This document shows positions 1-7,897 of a stretch of DNA of 32,000 nt, piece by piece. Origin of the DNA: Gemmata obscuriglobus (lineage in GTDB: Bacteria; Planctomycetota; Planctomycetia; Gemmatales; Gemmataceae); contig NZ_CP042911.1 of the NCBI RefSeq assembly GCF_008065095.1, positions 2,640,001 through 2,672,000 on the forward strand. The letters run 5' to 3'. The translations under genes were made by a program, and so were the position numbers. The notes under the pieces were generated by a model. It made no database searches and was not told where the DNA came from. It worked only from the letters and a program-made list of their open reading frames with translations. Numbering within the stretch: the stretch's first letter is position 1; the number at the start of each line of letters is the position of its first letter.

Positions 1-135
1 AAGGTGCTGTACGTGAGCGGGTACGCGGACGACGCGGTGGTCCGGCACGGGGTGCTCCGCGCCGAGGTGGCGTTCCTCCAGAAGCCGTTCACCCCCGCCG
101 CGCTCGCCGAAAAGGTCCGCTCCGTTCTGGAATGA
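1..135 (+). CDS. 3' end of a response-regulator or hybrid-kinase receiver (REC) domain gene, 5'-truncated by the window edge
   Basis: Frame +1 is open from base 1 to TGA at 133-135. The translation [44 protein letters not shown] has the ..VSG(Y/F)..FLQKPF.. ending typical of CheY-like receivers. The same pattern ends the kinase at 8634-10607. Confidence 0.6.
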   Translation, partial: KVLYVSGYADDAVVRHGVLRAEVAFLQKPFTPAALAEKVRSVLE

Positions 136-144
136 CGCGCGCGG

Positions 145-1167
145 CTACTTTTCGGCGACCGTGAACCGTGTGATTCGCCCCTTCGGCCCGACGGCCCACC
201 CTTCACCGGTCGCCGTGAGCCCGACGCTGTTGTACTTTTCCTTGTCGAGCGGCGCCCAGGTCGCGCCGTCGTCCGGTGACACCTCCGCGCCCGACGTGCC
301 CACCGCGACCCACCGATCCTTCGCCCAGGCGACCGCGGACCGGAACGGCAGCGGCTTCTTGACGACCGCCCACGTTTTCCCGCCGTCACTCGTCACCGCG
401 ACGGTTCCGGCGGTGTCGTCGGGCTTGCGGTAGTCGCCGCCGACGATCACCCCGTGGTCCCGGTCCCGGAAAGCGAGCCCGAACGCGCCGGCCGACGCGC
501 CCCCGGCCAGGAGGGGTAATTCGACGACGGTCCAGGTCTGTCCCCGGTCGGTCGAGTGAAACGCCCGCGCGACTTTGGCCCCGCCGGTGCAGAACCAAAC
601 GTCTTTCTCGCCGCGGGCGATGAGGCAGGTGCCGCTGGCCGCGAACGCGCCCTCGCCGGCCAGCGCCTCGGGCCGGCTCTTCTCCGGTAGCGGCTCCCAG
701 GTGGCGCCGCTGTCAGTGGTCGTGAGCAACTGGAACCGCCCGTTCACCGGGTCACCGAAGGCGATCCCGGTCTTCTCGTCCCAGAACGCGATGGCGTCGA
801 GGAACCCTTGCGGCTCGGGGTTCTTGAACTGAAGGACCCAGGTCTTGCCGCCGTCGGTCGTTTTGTAGATACGCGAGTCCGCGCCCGGGCCGGCGCTCAT
901 CAGATAGGCGGTGCCCGCTCCGAACGCCTCTACGTCCCGGAAGTCGAGCTTCTCGGCCCCGGGAACGGTCCCGGCGGTCCAGGTGGCCCCTCCGTTCGTG
1001 GTGCGCCCGAACGTGCCCTTCGTGCCGCTGACCCACGCGACTTTCGGCTCCACGACGCACAGCCCGCGGAAGTCGGCGTCCGTTTTGATCGTTTGCGGCT
1101 GCCACTGCCCGGACGCGCCGGGCGCGCACAGCCCGAGGAGCGCCGCGGCGCCGAGTGCCAGTTTCAT
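145..1167 (-). CDS. secreted BNR/Asp-box beta-propeller protein (Ycf48/sialidase-like fold)
   Basis: 340-aa ORF with signal peptide MKLALGAAALLGLCAPGASG. It carries six spaced S/T-x-D-x-G-x-T-W Asp-box motifs: TTNGGATW, TTDGGKTW, TTDSGATW, STDRGQTW, TSDGGKTW and SPDDGATW. Confidence 0.8.
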   Translation of the reverse strand: MKLALGAAALLGLCAPGASGQWQPQTIKTDADFRGLCVVEPKVAWVSGTKGTFGRTTNGGATWTAGTVPGAEKLDFRDVEAFGAGTAYLMSAGPGADSRIYKTTDGGKTWVLQFKNPEPQGFLDAIAFWDEKTGIAFGDPVNGRFQLLTTTDSGATWEPLPEKSRPEALAGEGAFAASGTCLIARGEKDVWFCTGGAKVARAFHSTDRGQTWTVVELPLLAGGASAGAFGLAFRDRDHGVIVGGDYRKPDDTAGTVAVTSDGGKTWAVVKKPLPFRSAVAWAKDRWVAVGTSGAEVSPDDGATWAPLDKEKYNSVGLTATGEGWAVGPKGRITRFTVAEK

Positions 1168-1241
1168 AAAGCGGTTCCCGAAGGGACGGTGTTACAGACT
1201 TCGGCGTTCAGTCTACCGCACCCGCGGGCCGGAACCGAGGC

Positions 1242-1424
1242 TCAATCGGCGTCGCCGCCGCCCCACTCGCTCGTGTCCCACTCGACCGAGTAGTGAACGT
1301 GGGCGCTCGGCTGCACCGCCGCGGCGCTCGGCTGCCGGGTGTCGTGGCCGGCGTACCCGTCCTGTGACCCCGCCGGCTGTGCGCCCGCCCCGTCGGGCGT
1401 GCCGCTTCGTGTTTCATCGCGCAT
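1242..1424 (-). CDS. small acidic hypothetical protein (60 aa)
   Basis: Internal ATG at 1424 of ORF 1242..1484. On the minus strand it is preceded by GGAGGCGATAAC-ATG, a strong SD. The frame is very GC3-rich throughout. No recognisable domain. Confidence 0.3.
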   Translation of the reverse strand: MRDETRSGTPDGAGAQPAGSQDGYAGHDTRQPSAAAVQPSAHVHYSVEWDTSEWGGGDAD

Positions 1425-1654
1425 GTTATCGCCTCCGACGAGGTTAGCTTGGCTTCGGGCGTCCCGCCGGCACGGCGCCGGCACCTCTTATATCGTGCGG
1501 GTTGGTGAATTGCTTGCGGACAAGTTCGCGCACTTCCGCGGGTGGCCGCCGGTACGACCCGCAGGCCCGTCAGGGGCGCGTAAGCCCCCGCCCGCCCGCA
1601 GGTATCCTCGCGCGCCTCGTTCCCCCCTCGCGCGCGATGTGCTTAAATAGCGTC

Positions 1655-3202
1655 ATGACCCGCTTCATCCTCCCACTGCTGGTGCTGCTCGCGTCGTGTG
1701 CCCCGGCGCTCGCGCACCCGCTGCCGAACTTCCGGTACGACCGCGAACTCGACGTGCGGCTCAGCGCGCGAACGGTCGAGGTGCGGTACGTGCTGCTCGT
1801 CAGCTTCTGGACCATGTTCACCGATAGCCAGAAGCTGTTCACGCCCGAAGAGATCGAGCAGATGGGCGGCAAGCTGCGCGAGGTGAGCCGCCGGTACTGT
1901 GAGAAGATGGCGCCGCTCATGGCGCAGGCGCTCGAGGCGAAGCTGGGGGGCGCCGCGCTCCAGTTCCGGGCCACGAAGCTGGACGTTGAGCAGGACCGCG
2001 ACCACGCCCGGTTCCGGTTCGTGTTCCAGGCCCCGTGGCGGCCCGCGGGCGGCGGGCCGGAGAACGCCTTCACGTTCGAGGACCGCAACTTCGAGGGCGA
2101 GACGGGGGCCGTGTGGCTGGTCGTCAAGCCCGACGAGTCGGCGCTGGACGTCAAGGAACTGGTCGAGCCGGAAGACCTTCGCAAGCGCGACCCGAGTCAG
2201 TACAAGCCCGGCGACGCGGCCCGCGCCCGGCGGGCGTCCGCCGTGTTCACCGCCCCGGGCCTCCCGCCGCTCGGGGCCGAACCGCCGCCCACCCCTCCGG
2301 CACCCGGGAGCGCCCCGGAACCCGAACCGGCCCCGGCCGTGGTGGAGCGGGCGCCCGACGAGGGCTTCTTCGCGCTCCTGTTCGAGCGCGGCCCGAAGGC
2401 CCTCTTTGACACCAACTTCGGCCTCGGGATGCTGTTGTTCACGGCGGCCGTCTTCGGCGCGTTCCACGCCTTCGCGCCGGGGCACGGAAAAAGCGTCGCG
2501 GCGGCGTTCCTGGTGGGCGAGCAGGGGACGTACCGGCAGGCGGCGCTGCTCGGGCTCAGCACCACGCTCGCGCACACCGGCAGCGTGATCCTGATCGCGG
2601 GCGTGTTCTACTTCCGCTACCGCGAGTCCGTCCCGGAGGAGGCCCAGCACTGGCTCGGGCTGTTCGGCGGGCTGCTCGTGCTGTTCGTGGGGATGTGGCT
2701 GTTCATGCGCCGGTTGCGCGGGAAGGTCGATCACGTCCACCTGTTCGGCGGGTGCGCCGACATGTGCGGGAACCACGCCGCCGCCCCGCGGGTGCCGGAG
2801 TGCCGCGCCCCGGTGCGCGGCCGGGACGCGACCGGTGAGCAAGTTCAGGTGCTCCAGCTCGCGCCCGCGAAGACGCCGCTGAGCTGGGTCCGCGTGGTGC
2901 TCCTCGGCATCGGCGCCGGGGCCATCCCGTGCGTGGACGCGGTGCTGCTACTGATGCTCGCGGTGTCCGCGGGCAAGCTCGGGCTGGCGCTGCCGCTGCT
3001 CGTCGCGTTCAGCGTCGGGCTGTCGAGCGTGCTGGTGCTGGTCGGGTCGCTCGTTGTGGCGATCCACCGGACCGGGCGCCGGGTGTCGGGCGAGAACGGC
3101 TGGTTCCGGTTCCTCCCCACCGCCAGCGCGGTCCTTCTAATGGGCATGGGGCTGTGGATGGCGCGCGACGCCTGGAAGGGTTTCACCGCCGGCGTCCAAT
3201 AG
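1655..3202 (+). CDS. RcnA/NicO-family nickel/cobalt efflux permease with a large N-terminal extracytoplasmic domain
   Basis: ATG at 1655 opens a signal-like MTRFILPLLVLLASCAPALA. About 250 aa of soluble domain and a Pro-rich linker precede the membrane core. The core motifs are FHAFAPGHGKSVAAAFLV...LAHTGSVILIAG and ...GAGAIPCVDAVLLLMLAV...SVGLSSVLVLVG, which match the RcnA layout (HxxEPGHxK ... IPCPAA) as I remember it. Confidence 0.7.
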   Translation: MTRFILPLLVLLASCAPALAHPLPNFRYDRELDVRLSARTVEVRYVLLVSFWTMFTDSQKLFTPEEIEQMGGKLREVSRRYCEKMAPLMAQALEAKLGGAALQFRATKLDVEQDRDHARFRFVFQAPWRPAGGGPENAFTFEDRNFEGETGAVWLVVKPDESALDVKELVEPEDLRKRDPSQYKPGDAARARRASAVFTAPGLPPLGAEPPPTPPAPGSAPEPEPAPAVVERAPDEGFFALLFERGPKALFDTNFGLGMLLFTAAVFGAFHAFAPGHGKSVAAAFLVGEQGTYRQAALLGLSTTLAHTGSVILIAGVFYFRYRESVPEEAQHWLGLFGGLLVLFVGMWLFMRRLRGKVDHVHLFGGCADMCGNHAAAPRVPECRAPVRGRDATGEQVQVLQLAPAKTPLSWVRVVLLGIGAGAIPCVDAVLLLMLAVSAGKLGLALPLLVAFSVGLSSVLVLVGSLVVAIHRTGRRVSGENGWFRFLPTASAVLLMGMGLWMARDAWKGFTAGVQ

Positions 3203-3246
3203 AGCGGCCCTACACGAACGCCCTTTCTCCCTTCGGCGGCGCCACC

Positions 3247-3915
3247 ATGAGCGCGAACGAAATCGACGGCTTCTCGGGCACGGTGCGGCTGTTTCCGCTG
3301 CCGAGCCTCGTGGTGTTCCCGCACGTGGTGCAGGCGCTGCACATCTTCGAGCCGCGGTACCGGCGGATGACCGCCGACGCGCTCGCGGGCGACGGGCTCA
3401 TCGCGATGGCCACGCTCAGCGCCAACGCCGACGAGCCCGCCGACCGCCCCGCGATCGAGCCGATCGTGTGCGTCGGGCGGATCGTCTGGCACGAAAAGCA
3501 CCCCGGCGGGAAGTACGACCTGCGGTTGCGCGGCCTCAGCCGCGCGCGGGTGGTCGAGGAGCTTGATTCCGACGCGCCCTACCGCACCGCCCGCGTGGAA
3601 CTGATCCCCGACACCGCGTCGGTGAATCTCTCCCGACTGACCGAGCTGCGCCGCGACCTCGCGGCGGCCGTTCTGCCGCGGTTCGAGGACGACTCGCCGG
3701 CCCAGCGGCAGTTGGGCGAACTGTTCGACGGGGACGCCCCGCTCGGGCAGGTGTGCGACGTCCTGGCGTTCGCGCTGCCCCTGCCCCCCGAGTTGAAGCT
3801 CGCACTTCTGGCGGAACCGCTCGCGGACCGCCGCGCGACGGCCATCGCGGACGCGCTGCGGGTCTCCGCGGCGCGTGCCGAGCGCCCGTTCCCGCCGCCG
3901 TTCAGCGCGAACTAA
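3247..3915 (+). CDS. LON N-terminal (substrate-binding) domain protein
   Basis: ATG at 3247 inside ORF 2929..3915. The segment VRLFPLPSLVVFPHVVQALHIFEPRYRRM...IEPIVCVGRIV...GKYDLRLRGLSRARV is the typical LON_substr_bdg / ATP-dependent protease La N-domain pattern. Confidence 0.7.
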   Translation: MSANEIDGFSGTVRLFPLPSLVVFPHVVQALHIFEPRYRRMTADALAGDGLIAMATLSANADEPADRPAIEPIVCVGRIVWHEKHPGGKYDLRLRGLSRARVVEELDSDAPYRTARVELIPDTASVNLSRLTELRRDLAAAVLPRFEDDSPAQRQLGELFDGDAPLGQVCDVLAFALPLPPELKLALLAEPLADRRATAIADALRVSAARAERPFPPPFSAN

Positions 3916-3966
3916 TGTCCCACCCAATCTAAATATTCGGGTGGCGTTGCTTCGGTTAACATGGGA

Positions 3967-4390
3967 TTAAGCGATGGTGAGTTGCGAATTGACGGCTCGT
4001 TGTTTGTCATTGGTGCGGATCGCCCCGGCGGCCCTTTCGGCCACCGAACCGCGCGCCTCGGTGCGTCGATCCCCGAGGTACTGGCATGTCAGGTAAAGGA
4101 CTTTGCACCCCGCCGCGTGGATCCCACGGCCGCGTTTGGGGGCGACGACGCCAATTCGGCGCACGTAGGGGGGGGGGCCATGACGGGCGGGATTGCTCAC
4201 CGCGTGTGGTGCTCAAGTTATCGCAGACGAGTGCGATTCGCGGCACCCGAGCGTACCGCGCTTCCGGCGAGTGAGCCACCTCGATCGCCCAATCGACCGT
4301 GGCGTGGCGGGACCGGCGGAACCCGGAGGGCGGCTCGGCGGACCGGAAGATGCTAGCCGTGCCCTTGCGCTCGTACTCGTACTCGACGCG
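3967..4390 (-). pseudogene. IS630-family transposase remnant (DDE/C-terminal part, multiple frameshifts)
   Basis: Minus-strand frames give VEYEYERKGTASIF...DWAIEVA...RIALVCDNLSTT, the IS630-type D-D-E region. In another frame, after a G10 run (4168-4177), comes LTCQYLGDRR...AAGAIRTNDKQRAVNSQLT, which resembles the IS630 C-terminus. No intact frame or N-terminus is present. Confidence 0.55.
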
Positions 4391-4869
4391 CTCGGGGCTC
4401 CTTCGTAGCGGGGATCGGCACCCGGGTCTCGCGCAGGCAGTGGAGCTGGCACAAACGGCGGTCATCGGCGGGGGACACGGCGAGCCGTTCGTCGTACCGG
4501 TCCAGGAGATTGGTCACGGTCGCTCGGATACCGGCACGTGGCGCCCCATCAGGTGGGCACGGACCGGTGCTCGGCGCACCGCAACCGCCCGATGAGGGCC
4601 ACCACGTCGAGCCCGAACTCGTGCCGCGGGAGCGCAAAGGCCCCCTCGGCTTCGGGCCGGTACGGCCGCTTGTGGAGCCCGCACCCGACGTGGTGGCGCC
4701 GGCGGATGGTTCGGTTCAGGCGGGTGACCCCGGCCAGGGTGTGAACGGTCCGCCGGTTGGCGTAATCGGCGGTCACCGGGTGCCCGCACTTGGCGCACGT
4801 CGCACGCTCGGGCGCCTGGTCGTAGGTGATCGTCGGCTCCGCGGTCTTCACCTTCTTCATGAGACGCAC
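4391..4869 (-). pseudogene. unrelated transposase N-terminal remnant (Cys-rich zinc-ribbon-like plus HTH-like segment), frameshifted and truncated
   Basis: ORF 4549..4869 reads MRLMKKVK...TCAKCGHPV...RRRHHVGCGLHKRPYRPEAEG...GLDVVALIGRLRCAEHRSVP. It continues after a frameshift in ORF 4353..4637 with ...RATVTNLLDRYDERLAV... The overall look is that of a transposase N-terminus. I did not assign a family. Confidence 0.4.
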
Positions 4870-4984
4870 TTCAGGCGTTACCTAAAGGCTAACCCCGACG
4901 ACACTTCCGATCCAGTCAGGTTTGCCGGCCGAGTGCTCTGCCTACGCTAAATTTTCGGGTCGGAACACCCTGCTTTTGCAGGAA

Positions 4985-5084
4985 CTATCATGTACGTACC
5001 CGGTAATGCGGCCGCTTTTGTTGACGAGCCGCGACCGCCGGGGAGCGGGAGACGTGGCACCGCTCCCTGGCCAGTAGTTTCAAG
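4985..5084. repeat. IS-A left terminal inverted repeat (contains internal hairpin GGGAGCGG...CCGCTCCC)
   Basis: Sequence: ..TCATGTACGTACCCGGTAATGCGGCCGCTTTTGTTGACGAGCCGCGACCGCCGGGGAGCGGGAGACGTGGCACCGCTCCCTGGCCAGTAGTTTCAAG. Its reverse complement matches the right end. Confidence 0.65.
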
Positions 5085-6249
5085 TGGTTGCGGTGGTTGT
5101 AAGTGTTTTGTTCGGCAGTGTGATACATCGCGTGCGTGGGTACCGGGCGCGGATGCGTTGTGTGAGCCAGTCGAGCATCTCGGCCAACGGGAACTCGGCC
5201 ACCCACGCGCTCGGCGCGAGCCGTTGTGCGCGCGCGATCCGGAGGGTCAGGCACACCCACACTTGTCGCAACAGCAACGCCACCCCTTCGAGCAGCCGTC
5301 GGTACTCGGGGTCGGTGCGGGTGGTCCACCCGCGGGCTTGATTCTTTTGCCGATAGCTGGTCTCGATCCCGAACCGCTCGCGGTACCGGCGGCGGCCCAG
5401 CCGAGCCCGGTTCGCCTCGGACACGGCGGTCGCATCGCCCCACCCGCGGAACGCGTACACCCGGGCCGCCCCTTCGCCCGTGCGCTCCCACACCAACACC
5501 CGGGTGGACACCGCCTGACGGGTCTTCTCGGTCACCCGTTCCATCGTGGTGATGGTGCCCGACGGTTGGGTGTAGCACTCGTTGCGGCGGTTGGTCCCTT
5601 TGCCCTTCTTGCGGATCGGCACCGTGTAGTTGAGGTTCCGTTGCTGCAACAGCAGCAACGTTTCCCCGCTGTCGAACCCGGCGTCCAGCACCACCCCGCG
5701 GACCGTCAGCCCGCGGGCAACTACTTGATCCAGAAGGGTTTGCACCTGCTGGTGCGGCTTGACGCCCTTCGTTACGCTCATCAGCCCGACGGTGTAACGC
5801 CGTCGCTTATGAATCAGAACGCAGGTGGCGTACGCATGGAAGAATGAGGTGCCGGCCTTCTTGGGTCCGCCGATGATGCCCGGGGTGCTGCGGTCCCCGT
5901 AAAAGGGCACGTAATGCACGTCGATGGCGCACGTCCACCGGCGGGTCCGGTCCCGGCGGGTGAACGTCGCCACGTCGTGAAGGGCGTCCACCAACCGGGT
6001 CGTGAGTTGGTCCCGGGAGCCCAGGTTCGCGCGCAGCGCCTGCCGCGCGGTCTGGTGGGAGAACCCGAAGTACCGGGTGACCACCGCGAACAGGGTGCGG
6101 GTGGTGCCCGCGATCAACAGCACCAGGTCCAACAACTGGGTGCGCGTCACCGACTGCTTGTAGTCGGTCCAACCGAGTGCCCGAGCCAACGTTCGCCGGG
6201 ACAACGCATGGACCACCGCCGGGGTGATCGTAGAGTAACCGCGTCGCAT
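5080..6249 (-). CDS. DDE transposase of IS-A (IS4/ISH3-like)
   Basis: Intact 389-aa ORF. Candidate catalytic residues lie in CAIDVHYVPFYG and VVLDAGFDSG. The YREK-type signature RRYRERFGIETSYRQKNQ is present. The stop codon lies inside the left repeat. Confidence 0.85.
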   Translation of the reverse strand: MRRGYSTITPAVVHALSRRTLARALGWTDYKQSVTRTQLLDLVLLIAGTTRTLFAVVTRYFGFSHQTARQALRANLGSRDQLTTRLVDALHDVATFTRRDRTRRWTCAIDVHYVPFYGDRSTPGIIGGPKKAGTSFFHAYATCVLIHKRRRYTVGLMSVTKGVKPHQQVQTLLDQVVARGLTVRGVVLDAGFDSGETLLLLQQRNLNYTVPIRKKGKGTNRRNECYTQPSGTITTMERVTEKTRQAVSTRVLVWERTGEGAARVYAFRGWGDATAVSEANRARLGRRRYRERFGIETSYRQKNQARGWTTRTDPEYRRLLEGVALLLRQVWVCLTLRIARAQRLAPSAWVAEFPLAEMLDWLTQRIRARYPRTRCITLPNKTLTTTATT

Positions 6250-6315
6250 GGGAGCTTCCCGTTCAAGTGCCTGAGAACCTTGAACTTAGGAACTCCCATG
6301 CGGCACTTCAAAACC

Positions 6316-6366
6316 CTTGAAACTACTGGCCAGGGAGCGGTGCAACGTATCCCGCTCCCTGGCGGT
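6316..6366. repeat. IS-A right terminal inverted repeat, inner part (interrupted by IS-B)
   Basis: CTTGAAACTACTGGCCAGGGAGCGGTGCAACGTATCCCGCTCCCTGGCGGT is the reverse complement of 5036-5084, with 3 mismatches. Confidence 0.65.
6357..6366. repeat. target-site duplication of IS-B (left copy, CCCTGGCGGT)
   Basis: The identical 10-mer directly abuts both ends of IS-B, at 6357-6366 and 7840-7849. Confidence 0.75.
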
Positions 6367-7839
6367 TAATGGCACTCGTTTTATGTTGGTGTGTGGTTGG
6401 TGGTGGTTCGCGGTTTGCGTTTTTTGAACTGGTCGGCTTTCGGGCGCCTCGGGTACGCCTCTCGCTCGTACCGGCGATCGGGCGGGCGTTGGGGTAGTCG
6501 GTCGCGCATGGCGTACCCGAGCGCCCGCTCGTAACCGGCGCGCCATTGCCCCGCCGTCGTGAACATCTTTCCCAGCAAGAACGTTCGGAACGTGGTCCAC
6601 ACGCGCTTAAAACTCAGCTCCCGTGGCCGGCACTTGGCCCGCTCGGCCGCTTGCCGGCGGAACGGCACCACTAGGTTGTACGACACCACCGACATCAGCA
6701 ACTCCTTACGGAACATCGCCTCGCTTCGCACCGCCATGTGCTCGGTGTTCAGCACCACCTTCACGTTCCGGATGTCCACTTCCACGGTGCCCCGTTGCCG
6801 GTACCACGAGCCCACGTCGCTGGCCGTGGCGTCCGTGTCCGTCACCACCGCCAGCGCCCCGCCGTTCGGTATGCTCACCTCGTGCACCCGCGCCTTCAGC
6901 TCGGCGTCCGCCGCCCACTCCGGGTGCTTGCGCCGCTCCTTGGCGCTGGGGCGCCACGCGAATTCCCCGGTCCACCACCCGTCCCCACGGCCCACCTCAC
7001 GAGCCGTGCGGCGGTATGCGGTGAACCGCGCCGCCGTCAGCCGGAACACGAACCCCAGGCCCCGCGCGCGAGCCCCGAGCGCCACCGCGAAGATCCCGAA
7101 CCCGGCGTCCGCCATCACCACCCCGTTGGCGGGCAGGCGGTCCATGACGGCCCCGGCCAGTGCCGTTTCCGACACCGCGTGGGGGCCGAACGTGGCCCCC
7201 ACTTCGGGCACCACGGCGGCCCCGCTACTCAACTCGTGGGCGACCACCAGCAGTGCCACCGGCCACACCCCGCGGCCGTGCGGGTTCGTGGCCGGTGGGT
7301 ACTTCTCGCGGAGCTCGGGTTCGGGGGCCAGGGTCCGGGTGGTGCCGTCGATCAGGAACACGCGCCGCCCGGACCACGTGGGCGGGGCACCGTCGATGCG
7401 CGCGCGGCTCACATGGTCGGCGAACCATCGGGCCGCTTCGAGCGGTAGCCACTGGCGGGCGTCGGAGTAGCTGCTGGTATTCGACGACAGCGCGTTCTCG
7501 CGCACCCGCTTGGTGTTAGGGAGCAAATCGGGTCGGGCGTCGAGCAGATGCTTGACGGTGGCTTCCAGGGACTTGTCGGGGTGGGTGCGCTGGTACACGA
7601 GCATCCAGAGGATGACCGAGGCGGTATACACGGCGTTGGCCCGCCGGGGGAACCGGGCATCGGCCTCGGATGGGTCGAAATGAGCGGCGAGGAGGTCGAA
7701 CGCGCGCTCGAACTCCTCGCCCGTCGGTCCGGAAGGCTCGGTCATGGCAACGGTTCCGTCGGTGGATGACACAACCAGTGCGCAATAACCGTGCCAACGA
7801 GCACCCGAAACACACCAAAACTGAAAACGAGTGCCATTA
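6367..7839 (-). mobile_element. IS element 'IS-B' (IS4 family), 1473 bp, nested in the right repeat of IS-A
   Basis: Perfect 16-bp terminal inverted repeats: TAATGGCACTCGTTTT at 6367-6382 and AAAACGAGTGCCATTA at 7824-7839. The element is flanked by a 10-bp direct duplication. Removing IS-B plus one duplication copy restores the IS-A repeat. Confidence 0.8.
6381..7745 (-). CDS. IS4-family DDE transposase of IS-B
   Basis: Start taken at ATG 7745 (MTEPSGPTGEEF...). The longer ORF reaching 7910 would begin outside the element. Motifs are RVFLIDGT, VVMADAGF and YRQRGTVEVDIRNVK (YREK-like). Confidence 0.85.
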   Translation of the reverse strand: MTEPSGPTGEEFERAFDLLAAHFDPSEADARFPRRANAVYTASVILWMLVYQRTHPDKSLEATVKHLLDARPDLLPNTKRVRENALSSNTSSYSDARQWLPLEAARWFADHVSRARIDGAPPTWSGRRVFLIDGTTRTLAPEPELREKYPPATNPHGRGVWPVALLVVAHELSSGAAVVPEVGATFGPHAVSETALAGAVMDRLPANGVVMADAGFGIFAVALGARARGLGFVFRLTAARFTAYRRTAREVGRGDGWWTGEFAWRPSAKERRKHPEWAADAELKARVHEVSIPNGGALAVVTDTDATASDVGSWYRQRGTVEVDIRNVKVVLNTEHMAVRSEAMFRKELLMSVVSYNLVVPFRRQAAERAKCRPRELSFKRVWTTFRTFLLGKMFTTAGQWRAGYERALGYAMRDRLPQRPPDRRYEREAYPRRPKADQFKKRKPRTTTNHTPT

Positions 7840-7849
7840 CCCTGGCGGT
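7840..7849. repeat. target-site duplication of IS-B (right copy, CCCTGGCGGT)
   Basis: See 6357-6366. Confidence 0.75.
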
Positions 7850-7897
7850 CGCGGCTCGTCAACAAAGCGACACCGCGGGTGGGTTCATGTATCAGGC
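7850..7897. repeat. IS-A right terminal inverted repeat, outer part
   Basis: CGCGGCTCGTCAACAAAGCGACACCGCGGGTGGGTTCATGTATCAGGC continues the match to the reverse complement of the left repeat. Confidence 0.55.

Larger units (their letters stand above)
4985..7897 (-). mobile_element. IS element 'IS-A' (IS4/ISH3-like DDE transposase) with long terminal inverted repeats, carrying the nested element IS-B in its right repeat
   Basis: The reverse complement of 4985-5084 aligns with 6316-6366 joined to 7850-7897. The inner 28 bp are identical. About 72 bp align with 3 mismatches and 1 indel, and the outer roughly 25 bp are more diverged. The outer boundaries are approximate, and I saw no clear target duplication. 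Confidence 0.6.

Noticed and set aside
5056-6344. Alternative model: IS-A is only ~1.29 kb with 28-bp IRs and inserted into a pre-existing 140-bp palindromic repeat.
   Set aside because: That model needs an inverted, not direct, duplication of ~45 bp of target. The MITE at 22588-22726 carries one of each distinguishable outer end. This is explained more simply by long IS-A repeats plus an internal deletion. The alternative is not fully excluded without other genomic copies.
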